DNA from: a virus
Virus record (IMG/VR): IMGVR_UViG_3300045007_000107
Span: 1 to 64,000 of that record
Reading direction: 5' to 3' (one strand)
DNA length: 64,000 bases
The number at the start of each line of letters is the position of its first letter. Position 1 is the first letter of the stretch. The position numbers and the translations under genes are program-made. Of the stretch, positions 9,617 through 19,190 are shown piece by piece. The notes beneath the pieces are model-generated. The model saw nothing but the letters and a program-made list of their open reading frames with translations, did no database searches and was not told the origin of the DNA.

Positions 9617-11176
9617 GTGCCCGAACTTGTCCCCTACCTCGATGCCCTGTTCTATGTGCCTCTCACGAAAGCCGGTAACCTGCCGGCTCTCATGAAGAGG
9701 CTTCGTATCCGTCTTGAGCGGGACGACAGGAAAGATGTGGTTACGGACGAGTTCGGGGAAGAGAAAGACGAAACGGCCGAGGCAGACGAGATCCACTGTT
9801 ACGATCTGTCTCGGCCGGGCTACATCGGCGTCCCGCGTGCCTTCGGTCTCGACAAGTTCGGGCACCTCGGCTTCGTGGATCGGACAGCCAAACCGCTTCG
9901 GCGGTTCTATAAGTTTCCGAGAGTGCTCCGTCCGCGCGACCCGGTACAGGCCGACTTCTGGCATCACCTTGCAGCCGTCTGCAACGGACCACGACCAGTC
10001 GATGTCGTGTTCAATGCGGTTACTGGCGCGGGTAAGACCGAAACTGCCCTGTACATCATTGCGCACGAGTTACAGATCCCGACCCTGATCACCGTGCCAA
10101 CGAACAAGCTGCGGCGTCAGTGGTACCAGCGCATCGAGAGATACTTCGGTCGCGAGTGGTGCGAGCGGTACGTGGGCCACATCCAGCAAAACAAGATGGA
10201 CTACAAGGGACGGCTGATTGTGCTCGGTCTCGCGCCCAGCCTCGCCTTCCGCACCTATCCGCCAGAGTTGTGTCGTTATTTCGGGTGCCTGTGGGGCGAC
10301 GAGTTCCACAAGATCGGTGCCCCAAGAATGTCACAAATCTTCTTTAAGTATCCTGCCGCGATACGAGTAGGCGGGACGGCCACGAACCGGCGTGATGCGC
10401 TCAGGAAAATGTGCGACCTGCACATGGGAGTGCCGCGTGTCAAATCCCGACAGGAGGTTATGAAGCCACTCGTTCACGTGGTGTCGCACAGAACGGACCT
10501 GCCTGCTGGCTTTGAGATATCTTCGCCCTTCACGGTGAGATCGTTTCTAGCCCGCAGTAAGGAACGTAATCAGTTACTCGCACGACTGATTTATGAGCGC
10601 GGGTTCTTACGGGGACGTAACGTACTGTTCCTATCTGATGACACGAGACAACTGCAACGCTTGCAGGAAATACTCGTGCATACCCACGGCGTGCCGCCCG
10701 AGGCGGTAGGACTGATCGTGGGCGAGTATTACACGGGCCGTTGGCGCACGACGCGTACGGGGAACCGTGTAAAAGAAAAGCTCAAGATGACCGAAAAGGA
10801 GCAAGATCGTGTCGCGGCAGAATGTCAGATTGTGGGCGCCACTTATGGCATATTTGATACTGGCGCTGACGTTGCTCGGCTTGATATGGGCGTTGAGTGT
10901 ACCCCGCGTTCGAACGTACGTCAGGCAATGGGGCGAGTACAGCGCCTTATGGACGGGAAGCCCACCGTCGAGTGGTACAGCATCTTCGACCAAGTATTCT
11001 GGTACGACCCGGATGCCCTGGCACAGTCACGCGCTAATGGTAGCTTCGCCGCTCCCGTAGCCCCGCAACTAGAAAAGCTCAAAGACCCGGAAGCTCAGAA
11101 CCGACAAAGGATGGCATCCTTCAATGATCAGGGCGGCCGGGTCGTTGTATTCAAGGGGTTCGACAATGCCAATTGA
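9617..11176 (+). CDS. SF2 DExH helicase (UvsW-like)
   Basis: AVTGAGKT, DEFH, TAT, TGADV, QAMGRVQR. Confidence 0.92.
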   Translation: MPELVPYLDALFYVPLTKAGNLPALMKRLRIRLERDDRKDVVTDEFGEEKDETAEADEIHCYDLSRPGYIGVPRAFGLDKFGHLGFVDRTAKPLRRFYKFPRVLRPRDPVQADFWHHLAAVCNGPRPVDVVFNAVTGAGKTETALYIIAHELQIPTLITVPTNKLRRQWYQRIERYFGREWCERYVGHIQQNKMDYKGRLIVLGLAPSLAFRTYPPELCRYFGCLWGDEFHKIGAPRMSQIFFKYPAAIRVGGTATNRRDALRKMCDLHMGVPRVKSRQEVMKPLVHVVSHRTDLPAGFEISSPFTVRSFLARSKERNQLLARLIYERGFLRGRNVLFLSDDTRQLQRLQEILVHTHGVPPEAVGLIVGEYYTGRWRTTRTGNRVKEKLKMTEKEQDRVAAECQIVGATYGIFDTGADVARLDMGVECTPRSNVRQAMGRVQRLMDGKPTVEWYSIFDQVFWYDPDALAQSRANGSFAAPVAPQLEKLKDPEAQNRQRMASFNDQGGRVVVFKGFDNAN

Positions 11177-11678
11177 GCGCTTCAACCGCACGGTCCATAC
11201 CGTCTCCGACTTGCGGAGGCAGCGCTACAAGACCGAAGCGTCTTACCGGGAGTCCGCGAAAGCGATGTCCCGTCGCACGTATCGGCGCAAGGCGGGTGTT
11301 GAGCTATCCACCTGTTTGCATTCTTTGGAATTTATCTCTAGCATTGCAGAAGACCATCGGGTAAAATACCCGGACGGTTCGGAACACGTAATACCGGCGA
11401 TCACTACTCCGAACCTCGCGAAACTGTTGCAGAAGCTTTATCAAACGGTGTGGCGGTGGATTAAAAGCGAAATGATCCCTGCCCCCATCATTACTTCCTT
11501 GGCGTGGCCCTCAAAGCCGTTCTTTGTTTTCCACGTCGAAGAGGCCCGTGCCCTCGTTGAGATCATCGGGGAGCACGAAAAGACAACCCGGTACTTCCGC
11601 AAGGACCATCGGGACGTTGTGATGCGTATCGAGCAACGTATTACAGAGATCCGTCAATCGCTCGGCATACAGAGGTAA
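11166..11678 (+). CDS. HTH DNA-binding protein (MerR/excisionase-like)
   Basis: LAKLLQKLYQTVWRWIKSEMIPAP. Confidence 0.6.
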   Translation: MPIERFNRTVHTVSDLRRQRYKTEASYRESAKAMSRRTYRRKAGVELSTCLHSLEFISSIAEDHRVKYPDGSEHVIPAITTPNLAKLLQKLYQTVWRWIKSEMIPAPIITSLAWPSKPFFVFHVEEARALVEIIGEHEKTTRYFRKDHRDVVMRIEQRITEIRQSLGIQR

Positions 11679-11684
11679 GTTCTA

Positions 11685-12596
11685 ATGGCTCTCGCTCCCC
11701 GTTCCGGCGCTGCCGCTCCGAAGGCCGCCGCTCCTGCCAAGGCCGCTCCCGCCAAGGCCGCCGCCCCCGCCGCCAAGGCTTCCGTGCAGCCGGCTGCAAG
11801 CACCAAGACCGAACTCAAGGCGACTACGACCACGGTCACCAAGACCCTACTGGAAAACGGCAAGATCAAGGGCGAGCCCGTCGTCGCCGAGAGCATCGAG
11901 ATCAACCCGTTCGTCACCGCGACCGCCTCCACCTCCATCGGCCTCAAGTTCCGCAAGAACATGGGCAACTTCGAAGGTGCCGAGATCTCGGTCCACGTCT
12001 CGATGCCGCACTACGTCGAGGAAGCCGAGGGCGCGGCGGCTCAGGTCTCCGAGCGGGCTCGCGAGCTTCTCGAAACGCAGTTCGCTGAATTCGACTTCGA
12101 TCAATTCAAGGGCGAGATCGTCGGCGGCGCGGACTTCGCGGCCGATCCCGAGGGCGACGCGGCCGTGATCGAGGAAGAAACCTCCGGGGAGGCCGCCGAG
12201 GAAGAGGGCGGCGAGATGACGGCCGATTGGGTCATGGAGCAGGAACGCGACATGCTGGTCGAGGTCATCACGACCAACGAACTCGAAATCGATCCCGACG
12301 ACTACCCGGATGACGACGACCTCAAGTCCATGATCGTCGCCAGCCTGTTCCCCGACGAAGAGGGCGCCGCCGAGGAAGGCGCTGCTGCCGATGGCGACGC
12401 TGCTGCCGAGGAAGCCTCTCAGGGCTACACCGAGGAAGAACTGAACGCGGCGACCATCGACGAACTCAAGGAAGTCTACGCCGACTGGAACATCGGCACC
12501 TTCCCGGCCTACAACTCGAAGAACCAGGCCGTCGTCAAGAAAACCGTCATCAAGAAGATCCTCGCCCACCAAGAGACGATGCTCGCGGCCTCCTAA
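11685..12596 (+). CDS. acidic hypothetical protein with Ala/Lys/Pro N-tail
   Basis: Strong codon bias; NMGNFE..ISV motif; E/D-rich. Confidence 0.8.
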   Translation: MALAPRSGAAAPKAAAPAKAAPAKAAAPAAKASVQPAASTKTELKATTTTVTKTLLENGKIKGEPVVAESIEINPFVTATASTSIGLKFRKNMGNFEGAEISVHVSMPHYVEEAEGAAAQVSERARELLETQFAEFDFDQFKGEIVGGADFAADPEGDAAVIEEETSGEAAEEEGGEMTADWVMEQERDMLVEVITTNELEIDPDDYPDDDDLKSMIVASLFPDEEGAAEEGAAADGDAAAEEASQGYTEEELNAATIDELKEVYADWNIGTFPAYNSKNQAVVKKTVIKKILAHQETMLAAS

Positions 12597-12674
12597 GCTG
12601 CGACACGAGTAGAGTACCTTCCACGGGGGGCGGGGCACATGCCTCGTCCCCCTTTCCGTAGCGGAGACACCCTA

Positions 12675-13904
12675 ATGCCCCTGGCTCGTCGTGGCCCTCC
12701 CGCGTCGTCCCCTGCCGCTCCCCCCGTGCAGCCGTCTGCAAGCCCCCGTGGCGGTATCGCTCGCCGTCCCTCGCAAGTAGAAAGCGAGCATGTAGTTACC
12801 GGTGAACTCGCCGCAGTCATCAATCAAATCCGTGAAGTACACGCCCCGTCCGTCATCATCAAGGGCAGCACAGCGAAGAAGAACTTCGGGCGTGTCGCGT
12901 CCGGTATCCTCTCGCTGGATCTCTGCCTCGCGGGCGGCCTGATGCTCTCGCGCGGTAACATGATCTACGGCAACCGGTCGGCGGGTAAGTCCACCGCCTC
13001 CTGTCGGTTCATCGCTGGCGTGCAGCGCATGTTCCCCGATAAGTACGCTGTCGTCATGGATTTCGAAGGAACGTTCGATACCGCATGGGCCGCGCTCAAC
13101 GGGTGCGACCTAGACCGCCTCTTTATCGTGGAGCCGCCAACCGGCGAGGCGGGTATCGACATGGCGCATGGTCTCTTCTGCGCGGAAGAGGTTTCCATGG
13201 TCGTGACGGACTCCATCGCGATGATTACGCCGATGAAGGAAATCGCCAACTCGGCGGAGGACATGCTTCCGGGTATTCACGCCCGTGTCATCGGCAACTA
13301 TATTCGACGCCTCAACAATGCGATGCTTTCGGAACGCCAGCGGAACCACCACCCCTTGCTATTGCACCTCAACCAATGGCGTATGTCTATCGGCGTCACC
13401 TTCGGCGACCCTCGCGTTCTGCCGGGCGGTCGTGCCTTGGAATTCTCGACCTCTCAACAGATCGAGATGTACAACACCGAACACTTCTCGACCGACAAGG
13501 ACAAGAGCAGCGGGGCACCGAAGCTCTCCAAGGAAGAGAAGGCCGCGCTCAAAGAGCAGGGCGTTACCGCCAACGGCGAAAAGCTCGTCATGTTCAACGA
13601 GCACTCGTTCAAGATCACGAAGGATAAGACGGGAGGTCGTATCAAGGATGGGCGCTTCAAGCTCATTCGCGACGAGTCCATGGGCCTACCCGTGGGCTAC
13701 ATCGATCAGTCCCGTAGCATCGTGCAGCATGGCCTCAAGCGCGGCGTGCTGTCCGGTGCTCCTAATTCGTTCAGCCATGACGACTATCGCAAGTGGGGCG
13801 GTGCCGGCGATTTCGTTAAGTGGCTGGTCGAAAACCCGGAGGCCGAGCGGGCAATCGTCGGCCAAATCGTTGAAACCTACCGTCAAGCATGGGGTGTAAT
13901 GTAA
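12675..13904 (+). CDS. recA: RecA-family recombinase
   Basis: SGILSLDLCLAGG, GNRSAGKST, DFEG, VTDSIA, NQWR..IGVTFGDP..PGG.AL.F. Confidence 0.95.
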   Translation: MPLARRGPPASSPAAPPVQPSASPRGGIARRPSQVESEHVVTGELAAVINQIREVHAPSVIIKGSTAKKNFGRVASGILSLDLCLAGGLMLSRGNMIYGNRSAGKSTASCRFIAGVQRMFPDKYAVVMDFEGTFDTAWAALNGCDLDRLFIVEPPTGEAGIDMAHGLFCAEEVSMVVTDSIAMITPMKEIANSAEDMLPGIHARVIGNYIRRLNNAMLSERQRNHHPLLLHLNQWRMSIGVTFGDPRVLPGGRALEFSTSQQIEMYNTEHFSTDKDKSSGAPKLSKEEKAALKEQGVTANGEKLVMFNEHSFKITKDKTGGRIKDGRFKLIRDESMGLPVGYIDQSRSIVQHGLKRGVLSGAPNSFSHDDYRKWGGAGDFVKWLVENPEAERAIVGQIVETYRQAWGVM

Positions 13905-14320
13905 TGGCTATCGAAAAGCGTCCCCCTCCGGGGAAGCCCGCCATCGACCGTACGGCCGACGAGGCGGAAGTGGTGCCCGGTCACGCGGCTACCCCGGCCG
14001 CCCCGGTTGGCCCCGGTCCCGGCCCTTCCCCCTCCCCGCAGGGCGGTCCTGTCGAGATGGGCGACCCCGAATACGGCGGGGAGGAGCAACCCGCTCCCTC
14101 CACCGTCGAGATTCCCGAACTCAAGCCCAGCGTGTACGTCGCCTACAAGGTGTTCTACCCGAACAAGAGTCCGCGCGAGGATGCGACGGTTCTCGAAGGG
14201 ATCTACGATCTCGACACGCGGGCGCACCTCGACGCAGTCATCACCCGCTGCAAGGCGTACCCGAGTAACGAGGGGTGTACGCGTCTCGTCATCCTCTTCT
14301 GGCGCTCACTGAGAGCCTAG
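13904..14320 (+). CDS. hypothetical protein (Pro-rich N-terminus)
   Basis: Translationally coupled (TAATG). Confidence 0.7.
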   Translation: MAIEKRPPPGKPAIDRTADEAEVVPGHAATPAAPVGPGPGPSPSPQGGPVEMGDPEYGGEEQPAPSTVEIPELKPSVYVAYKVFYPNKSPREDATVLEGIYDLDTRAHLDAVITRCKAYPSNEGCTRLVILFWRSLRA

Positions 14321-14324
14321 CCCT

Positions 14325-14831
14325 ATGACGGACCGGTGGGTGTGCCTCTCGCGGAAACACGACATATGGACGGTTATTGACGAAGAGTTATGGCCGTTCA
14401 TAAGTCGCTGGAACTGGAACTACGCACGGTCTGGTACTTCTCCACAGAAGGTCTATGCCAAGCGTAACGAGGGTAAGGCACGCACACCGGTCCTAATGCA
14501 CCGAGCGATCCTGTTTCACGTCAACCCACTACCGACGTGTATGCAGGGTCGCAACGGTAACGGTAGACAAAAGTTCGTTTGCGATCATGAGGACGGCGAC
14601 AGCCTCAACAATCGATTAAGTAATCTCCGCTGGCTTACAAAGGCGGAGGATATTGTGAATAGCTGGAACAATCGGTTTAACTCCGAAGGGCAGTTGCTTA
14701 AAGCCAGCCTTCGCGAGCAAGCTCTACAGCAACTCGGGCTCGACGTTTCGATGTTCCTGCCCGAGAACAACGATAATCAACTGATCTTACCGGAACATAC
14801 CTATGCCAAATCCGTTCTTGGACCGGGCTAA
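14325..14831 (+). CDS. free-standing HNH endonuclease
   Basis: MHRAI...DHEDGDSLNNRLSNLR. Confidence 0.85.
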   Translation: MTDRWVCLSRKHDIWTVIDEELWPFISRWNWNYARSGTSPQKVYAKRNEGKARTPVLMHRAILFHVNPLPTCMQGRNGNGRQKFVCDHEDGDSLNNRLSNLRWLTKAEDIVNSWNNRFNSEGQLLKASLREQALQQLGLDVSMFLPENNDNQLILPEHTYAKSVLGPG

Positions 14832-15180
14832 GAAAGATGGTAAAACTTCGGTGGCGTACCGACACGCCCCGAAACAGGAGAAGTCGCTTGCAAAACGGTT
14901 TGGTGGCATCAAAACCCCGGCCAGTGGAGCAAAGGTTAAAAAGGGTGACGTGCAGGTTAAAGACCTTGTACGCATCGAGGCAAAGACGACTAGCGCCGAC
15001 TCTTTCCGCGTTACGAAGGAAATGCTTCGGAAGATACAGAATGCGGGTCTAGGGTCGAGCGAACTACCTGTAATGGTCATAGAGTTCTTGGGTCCACGCG
15101 GTAAGTCTGAGGGCGAGCTTGCCGTACTATCCATCACCGACTTGGAAATGCTGATCCATGCCGCTAAGGAAAATCGCTAA
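14803..15180 (+). CDS. Hjc-like PD-(D/E)XK Holliday junction resolvase
   Basis: QEK..AK..G..TPASGA..KGDV...IEAKTT. Confidence 0.75.
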   Translation: MPNPFLDRAKKDGKTSVAYRHAPKQEKSLAKRFGGIKTPASGAKVKKGDVQVKDLVRIEAKTTSADSFRVTKEMLRKIQNAGLGSSELPVMVIEFLGPRGKSEGELAVLSITDLEMLIHAAKENR

Positions 15181-16132
15181 GGCGCCCCCTCGTTTGCAGC
15201 CGTCTGCAAGCCCCGCCCTTCCGGCCGAACCGCCGGAGGGGCTTATTGCTGGGGTACTCAACCACACAATAGTGTCGGCCCAGCGCGTCAAGAACTATAG
15301 CCTCGCGAACCACTGGATACACGTCTCCGATCTGTGCAAGACGAAAGCACAGTACGCGTTCTGTCCGCGCGAGCGGGTACTGACGTACCTAAGCCCCGAC
15401 CAGACGCTCCCCATGACCGTCTCCCCCGGAATGAGCCTTCTGTTCAAGCTCGGGCACACGACGCAGGACCACATCACCGAGAGCTTCATCCAGCGCAGCC
15501 CCTACGGCCACCTCGTGTGGGGCGATTGGCAGTGCCACTGCGCGAAGCGGACGGGCTCGATGCAGGGCCTCACGATCCGTCACAGCTACAAGCCTGCGCG
15601 TGGACAGTTTCGCTGCAACGAATGCGGTGGCGAACCGGAGCACTACAAAGAGATCGACCTTGTCCTAGAGAACCGGCGTCTCGTCGCGCACCCGGATATC
15701 CTGATCCTATGGGGTGACACGCTCTATATCTATGAGGTCAAGACTATCGACCGGGAGGCCGTAGACTTCGACACACTCGATACACCCCTGGGCGAGCACA
15801 CGCTACAGGCCAGCTTTTATTATTGGATCATCCGCGATATGATCAAGCGGGGTGTCTTCAAGTTTAGCGTATCGCCCCACATTCGCTATATTTACGTTGA
15901 CCGAGGAAACAAGCGCGTTCGCGCTGGTAAGGTCTACAAGGAATTCGTGAAGGTCACCTCGCAGGCCAAGCGTATCGAAGACCGCCTCGCGCTCAGCGAT
16001 CAAGTCATCAAGGGTATCGAGACCAATGCTCTCCCGGCACGAATTTGTAAAACCACAAACGATGCCCGCGCAAAGAATTGTCCAAAGTGCGTTGCCTGCT
16101 TTAGTCGCAAAAGACCCACGTTCCGTGTGTGA
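15158..16132 (+). CDS. Cas4-like PD-(D/E)XK exonuclease
   Basis: CPR near N-terminus, HPD..EVKT, Q..FY, C-terminal Cys cluster. Confidence 0.8.
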   Translation: MPLRKIAKAPPRLQPSASPALPAEPPEGLIAGVLNHTIVSAQRVKNYSLANHWIHVSDLCKTKAQYAFCPRERVLTYLSPDQTLPMTVSPGMSLLFKLGHTTQDHITESFIQRSPYGHLVWGDWQCHCAKRTGSMQGLTIRHSYKPARGQFRCNECGGEPEHYKEIDLVLENRRLVAHPDILILWGDTLYIYEVKTIDREAVDFDTLDTPLGEHTLQASFYYWIIRDMIKRGVFKFSVSPHIRYIYVDRGNKRVRAGKVYKEFVKVTSQAKRIEDRLALSDQVIKGIETNALPARICKTTNDARAKNCPKCVACFSRKRPTFRV

Positions 16133-16778
16133 GTGCATCGTGGGGATCGATATCTCCCTCACCAACACGGGCCTGTTGGTGTTCCGGTGCGAGGGCGACG
16201 ACGGCTTCGTGAGCGAGCGGGCCAACATTCTCACAGAGCCGACCTTCCCTATCGAAGTGCGACAGCTTCATGTTGTCCACAACATCGTGCGGCTTGTTCT
16301 GCGCTACGTTGAGAAGTACGGGGAAATCGGAGTAATCATTGAGGGGTATAGTACCTCGCGCTTTGCAGGTAAGCTCTTTGAGCGTGTCGAAATTACTGCA
16401 ATGGTCAAATATATTCTCTCGTCCATTCATGGCGTTCGGCTCTATACTGCACGGGCGAAAAGCGTCAAAGCTTTCATGGGTAAAGGCAACTACGACAAAG
16501 CTCAGATGGCAAAAGCTGCACTCAATCGCTATGGCTTTGTTGCCGACAACGAGCACGTCGTGGACGCCTACTGCCTCGCGCGTTACCTGCACGCCTACAT
16601 CCACGGAAAGGATTTAAGCATTGAATTCGTGCAATACCCCTTCGTAGACGCTGCACTCTTGCAGCCGTCTGCACGCCCCGAAAATAAGGATTGCGCTTCT
16701 CCGTTGACAAAAAAATTACGGCGCATTACCTTACCAACTCGGTCGCACCCAGCCACCGCCCGCGCATTCAGCGCTTAA
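16125..16778 (+). CDS. ruvC: RuvC-like resolvase
   Basis: IVGIDISLTNTG, IIEG, VKAF.GKGN.DK..M, DNEHVVDAY; GTG start inferred. Confidence 0.88.
   Translation: MCECIVGIDISLTNTGLLVFRCEGDDGFVSERANILTEPTFPIEVRQLHVVHNIVRLVLRYVEKYGEIGVIIEGYSTSRFAGKLFERVEITAMVKYILSSIHGVRLYTARAKSVKAFMGKGNYDKAQMAKAALNRYGFVADNEHVVDAYCLARYLHAYIHGKDLSIEFVQYPFVDAALLQPSARPENKDCASPLTKKLRRITLPTRSHPATARAFSA
16704..16732 (+). promoter_or_regulatory. sigma70-type promoter
   Basis: TTGACA-N17-TACCTT. Confidence 0.7.
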
Positions 16779-16795
16779 TGGAAAGCGAACACATC

Positions 16796-18130
16796 ATGGC
16801 CGCCGTCAACCTCAAGAAGCCCGCCGCGAAGCCCGCTACCTCGATCAAGAAGCCGGGCGGCAAAGCAGCAGCCGCCAAGAAGCCGGCCGCCGAGAAGGCC
16901 CCCAAGCCCCCGAAGGAAATCAAGCCGTTCGAGCAGGGCCAGATCGTCATCTTCAAGGCGTACGCCCAGGAACTCGCCGAGGGCCAGGAAGCGCTCTTCC
17001 AGCCGGATCAGGAACTCGCCGTCGTCGGCCAGCAGGAAACGGACGGTCAGGTCTACGTCGCCTGCGTCGCGCTCGGCGACTACCACAACTACCTCAAGGA
17101 CCCGGAGAGCGTCGCCGGCCAGGAGGTCGTCCCGCTCGAAATCAAGCGCACGAACCGCGTGGTCGAGCCCGAGTACCACATGGCCTCGATCGGCGAACTC
17201 GTCACCCTCCAAGAGGAAATCCCGGACCCGCTGGAACTCGGCCTCAAGCTGTACGGCAACGCGCAGCAGGCGTTCTTCTATCTCGGCGGCGTCTTCGGCA
17301 AGCTCTGGAAGGAGCGCGACGAGAACGGCACCCTCATCTTCGCGACTTACGGCCGCGACGAGAACATGCCGACCGAGAACGCGGACGGTTCGGCGCTCGC
17401 CGGCCTCACCGAAGAGAACACCTACACCCAGGACAGCGACGGCTTCGCGCTGTTCCTCGCGGACAACTTCCCCGACGTGGGCGGCATCCGTAAGGTCAAG
17501 GAACTCATCGGCATCTACGACACGTTCTCGGTCCTGCCGAACGCCGAGGAAGTCATCGGCCGTCTCGCCGAGGTCGGCTGGTGGAAGGCCGGCATGATCC
17601 GGTCCTACCTCACCGAGGACAATGCCAGCGAGCTGGTCGAAGCGGCGGCGACCCTCACCAAGAAGGAACTCGAAACCCACCTCAAGACCTCGTACACCAC
17701 CGAGGGTTCGGACGGCGGCACCACGACGGCCTCCGGCAAGAACACCCAGCGGGCGGTCATCAAGAAGATCACGTTCACCTACGCGCTCTTCGAAGACCAA
17801 GCCGAGGGCGCCAAGCTGATCCTCAGCCTCGCCAAGAAGTCCACCGGCATCACCGACGACAACGCCCTCTTCGAGCACATCATGCAGGAGTGGGCCGGCG
17901 ATCATCTCGGTGCCGAGGGCGTCGCCAAGGCCGAGCAGGCGGCGGCGAAGGAAACCGCCCGCCTCAAGAAGCAAGGCGTCAAGTTCCCCGAGGGCCACAA
18001 GGAATACCAGCCCCCGGCGCCGAAGGCCGCCAAGGAAGCCAAGGCCGACGCCAAGCCGGCCGCCAAGGCTCCGGTCCGTCCGGCCGCCAAGCCGGCCGCC
18101 AAGCCCGCCGCTGCGGAAGCCGCCGCGTAA
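16796..18130 (+). CDS. probably abundant hypothetical protein with histone H1-like KPAA tails at both ends
   Basis: Very strong C/G-ending codon bias; own promoter and terminator. Confidence 0.85.
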   Translation: MAAVNLKKPAAKPATSIKKPGGKAAAAKKPAAEKAPKPPKEIKPFEQGQIVIFKAYAQELAEGQEALFQPDQELAVVGQQETDGQVYVACVALGDYHNYLKDPESVAGQEVVPLEIKRTNRVVEPEYHMASIGELVTLQEEIPDPLELGLKLYGNAQQAFFYLGGVFGKLWKERDENGTLIFATYGRDENMPTENADGSALAGLTEENTYTQDSDGFALFLADNFPDVGGIRKVKELIGIYDTFSVLPNAEEVIGRLAEVGWWKAGMIRSYLTEDNASELVEAAATLTKKELETHLKTSYTTEGSDGGTTTASGKNTQRAVIKKITFTYALFEDQAEGAKLILSLAKKSTGITDDNALFEHIMQEWAGDHLGAEGVAKAEQAAAKETARLKKQGVKFPEGHKEYQPPAPKAAKEAKADAKPAAKAPVRPAAKPAAKPAAAEAAA

Positions 18131-18153
18131 CCGCTTGCAGCCGTCTGCACGAC

Positions 18154-18188
18154 AAGAGGCCCCGCCATTCGGCGGGGTCTTTTCTTTA
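18154..18188 (+). terminator. intrinsic terminator
   Basis: AGGCCCCGCC-ATTC-GGCGGGGTCT then TTTCTTT. Confidence 0.85.
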
Positions 18189-18199
18189 GGAGCCTCCCC

Positions 18200-18511
18200 A
18201 TGCCTCTGCTGCGCCGTCCCCGCCCGCGCAAGCTTATCCCCTGGATCGCGCCCACGCCCGAAAGCGTCGCGGCAAAGCTCCGATGCGACGACCCCGACAA
18301 CATCTCTGAGGTCCGCTGCCCCATGTGTCTCGGCCGGGGCGCGTGGGATTGGAACAGTAAGGTTCCCTGCCCGACATGTGGTGGCCTACGCAAGGTATCT
18401 CGGCTACAATATGAGCGGTTCGGGAAGACACTCGCGGACCCGGCAAAGGTACGAACCTTGTCGGCACGAGTGGCCTTCCTCGTTAAGGCACGTATACCTG
18501 CGAGACTGTAA
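18200..18511 (+). CDS. zinc-finger protein
   Basis: CPMCLGRG, CPTCGG; RBS AGGAG. Confidence 0.7.
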   Translation: MPLLRRPRPRKLIPWIAPTPESVAAKLRCDDPDNISEVRCPMCLGRGAWDWNSKVPCPTCGGLRKVSRLQYERFGKTLADPAKVRTLSARVAFLVKARIPARL

Positions 18512-19122
18512 TGCTGCGTCGGATCGCCCTGCCCTCCCCTCCCCGTGCTGAACTCGTACGCCGAGCGCGTAAGCAAGAACTGTCGCCCGACGACATCGAG
18601 ATCTATCCGAACAAGCGCGTCCATAACTCAACAGACTCGCGCGGCAACAGCGTGTCCCGCGCCTACAACGCTCTCGGCATCACGCAGTCGCAGCGCTTCA
18701 CCCTGTTCAAGTACGCCAAAGCGTTCGTGTACCAGGGCTACAAGACCCGTGCCTACGATCACAAGGCGATGGGCGAACTGTTCGGCGTCAGCCGCGATAC
18801 GATCAACAGTTGGGTCGAGCGGGGACACCTCGGCGCACCGATGGTTCACGTTCACCAGGGCGGGCGCAAGCGGTACCTGTGGCTGTATCACCAAGTGCAG
18901 CCGATGTACATCTTCTACTGTCACGAGCGCAATCGCGGCACGACCAAGACCGGTCTGCGGTTCAGCGCGGAAGGGCTCAAGCGTCTCCACGTCGAGACCG
19001 AGCGCCTGGAAGCTGCCTTCCGACGCGCGGCCGGTTTGCCCCCGAAGACACGCACCATCCGCGACGCCTACCGCGAGGCGGCTGGCCTGTATGGCGTTAT
19101 CTGGTTGAGCGTTGACGTGTAA
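18511..19122 (+). CDS. HTH DNA-binding protein
   Basis: MGELFGVSRDTINSWVERG. Confidence 0.7.
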   Translation: MLRRIALPSPPRAELVRRARKQELSPDDIEIYPNKRVHNSTDSRGNSVSRAYNALGITQSQRFTLFKYAKAFVYQGYKTRAYDHKAMGELFGVSRDTINSWVERGHLGAPMVHVHQGGRKRYLWLYHQVQPMYIFYCHERNRGTTKTGLRFSAEGLKRLHVETERLEAAFRRAAGLPPKTRTIRDAYREAAGLYGVIWLSVDV

Positions 19123-19190
19123 TGTAATCTCGGCTATGTCGGATTGTTCGTCGGTGCTATACTATCCGCGCGGCAAACTACGGAGCTACA

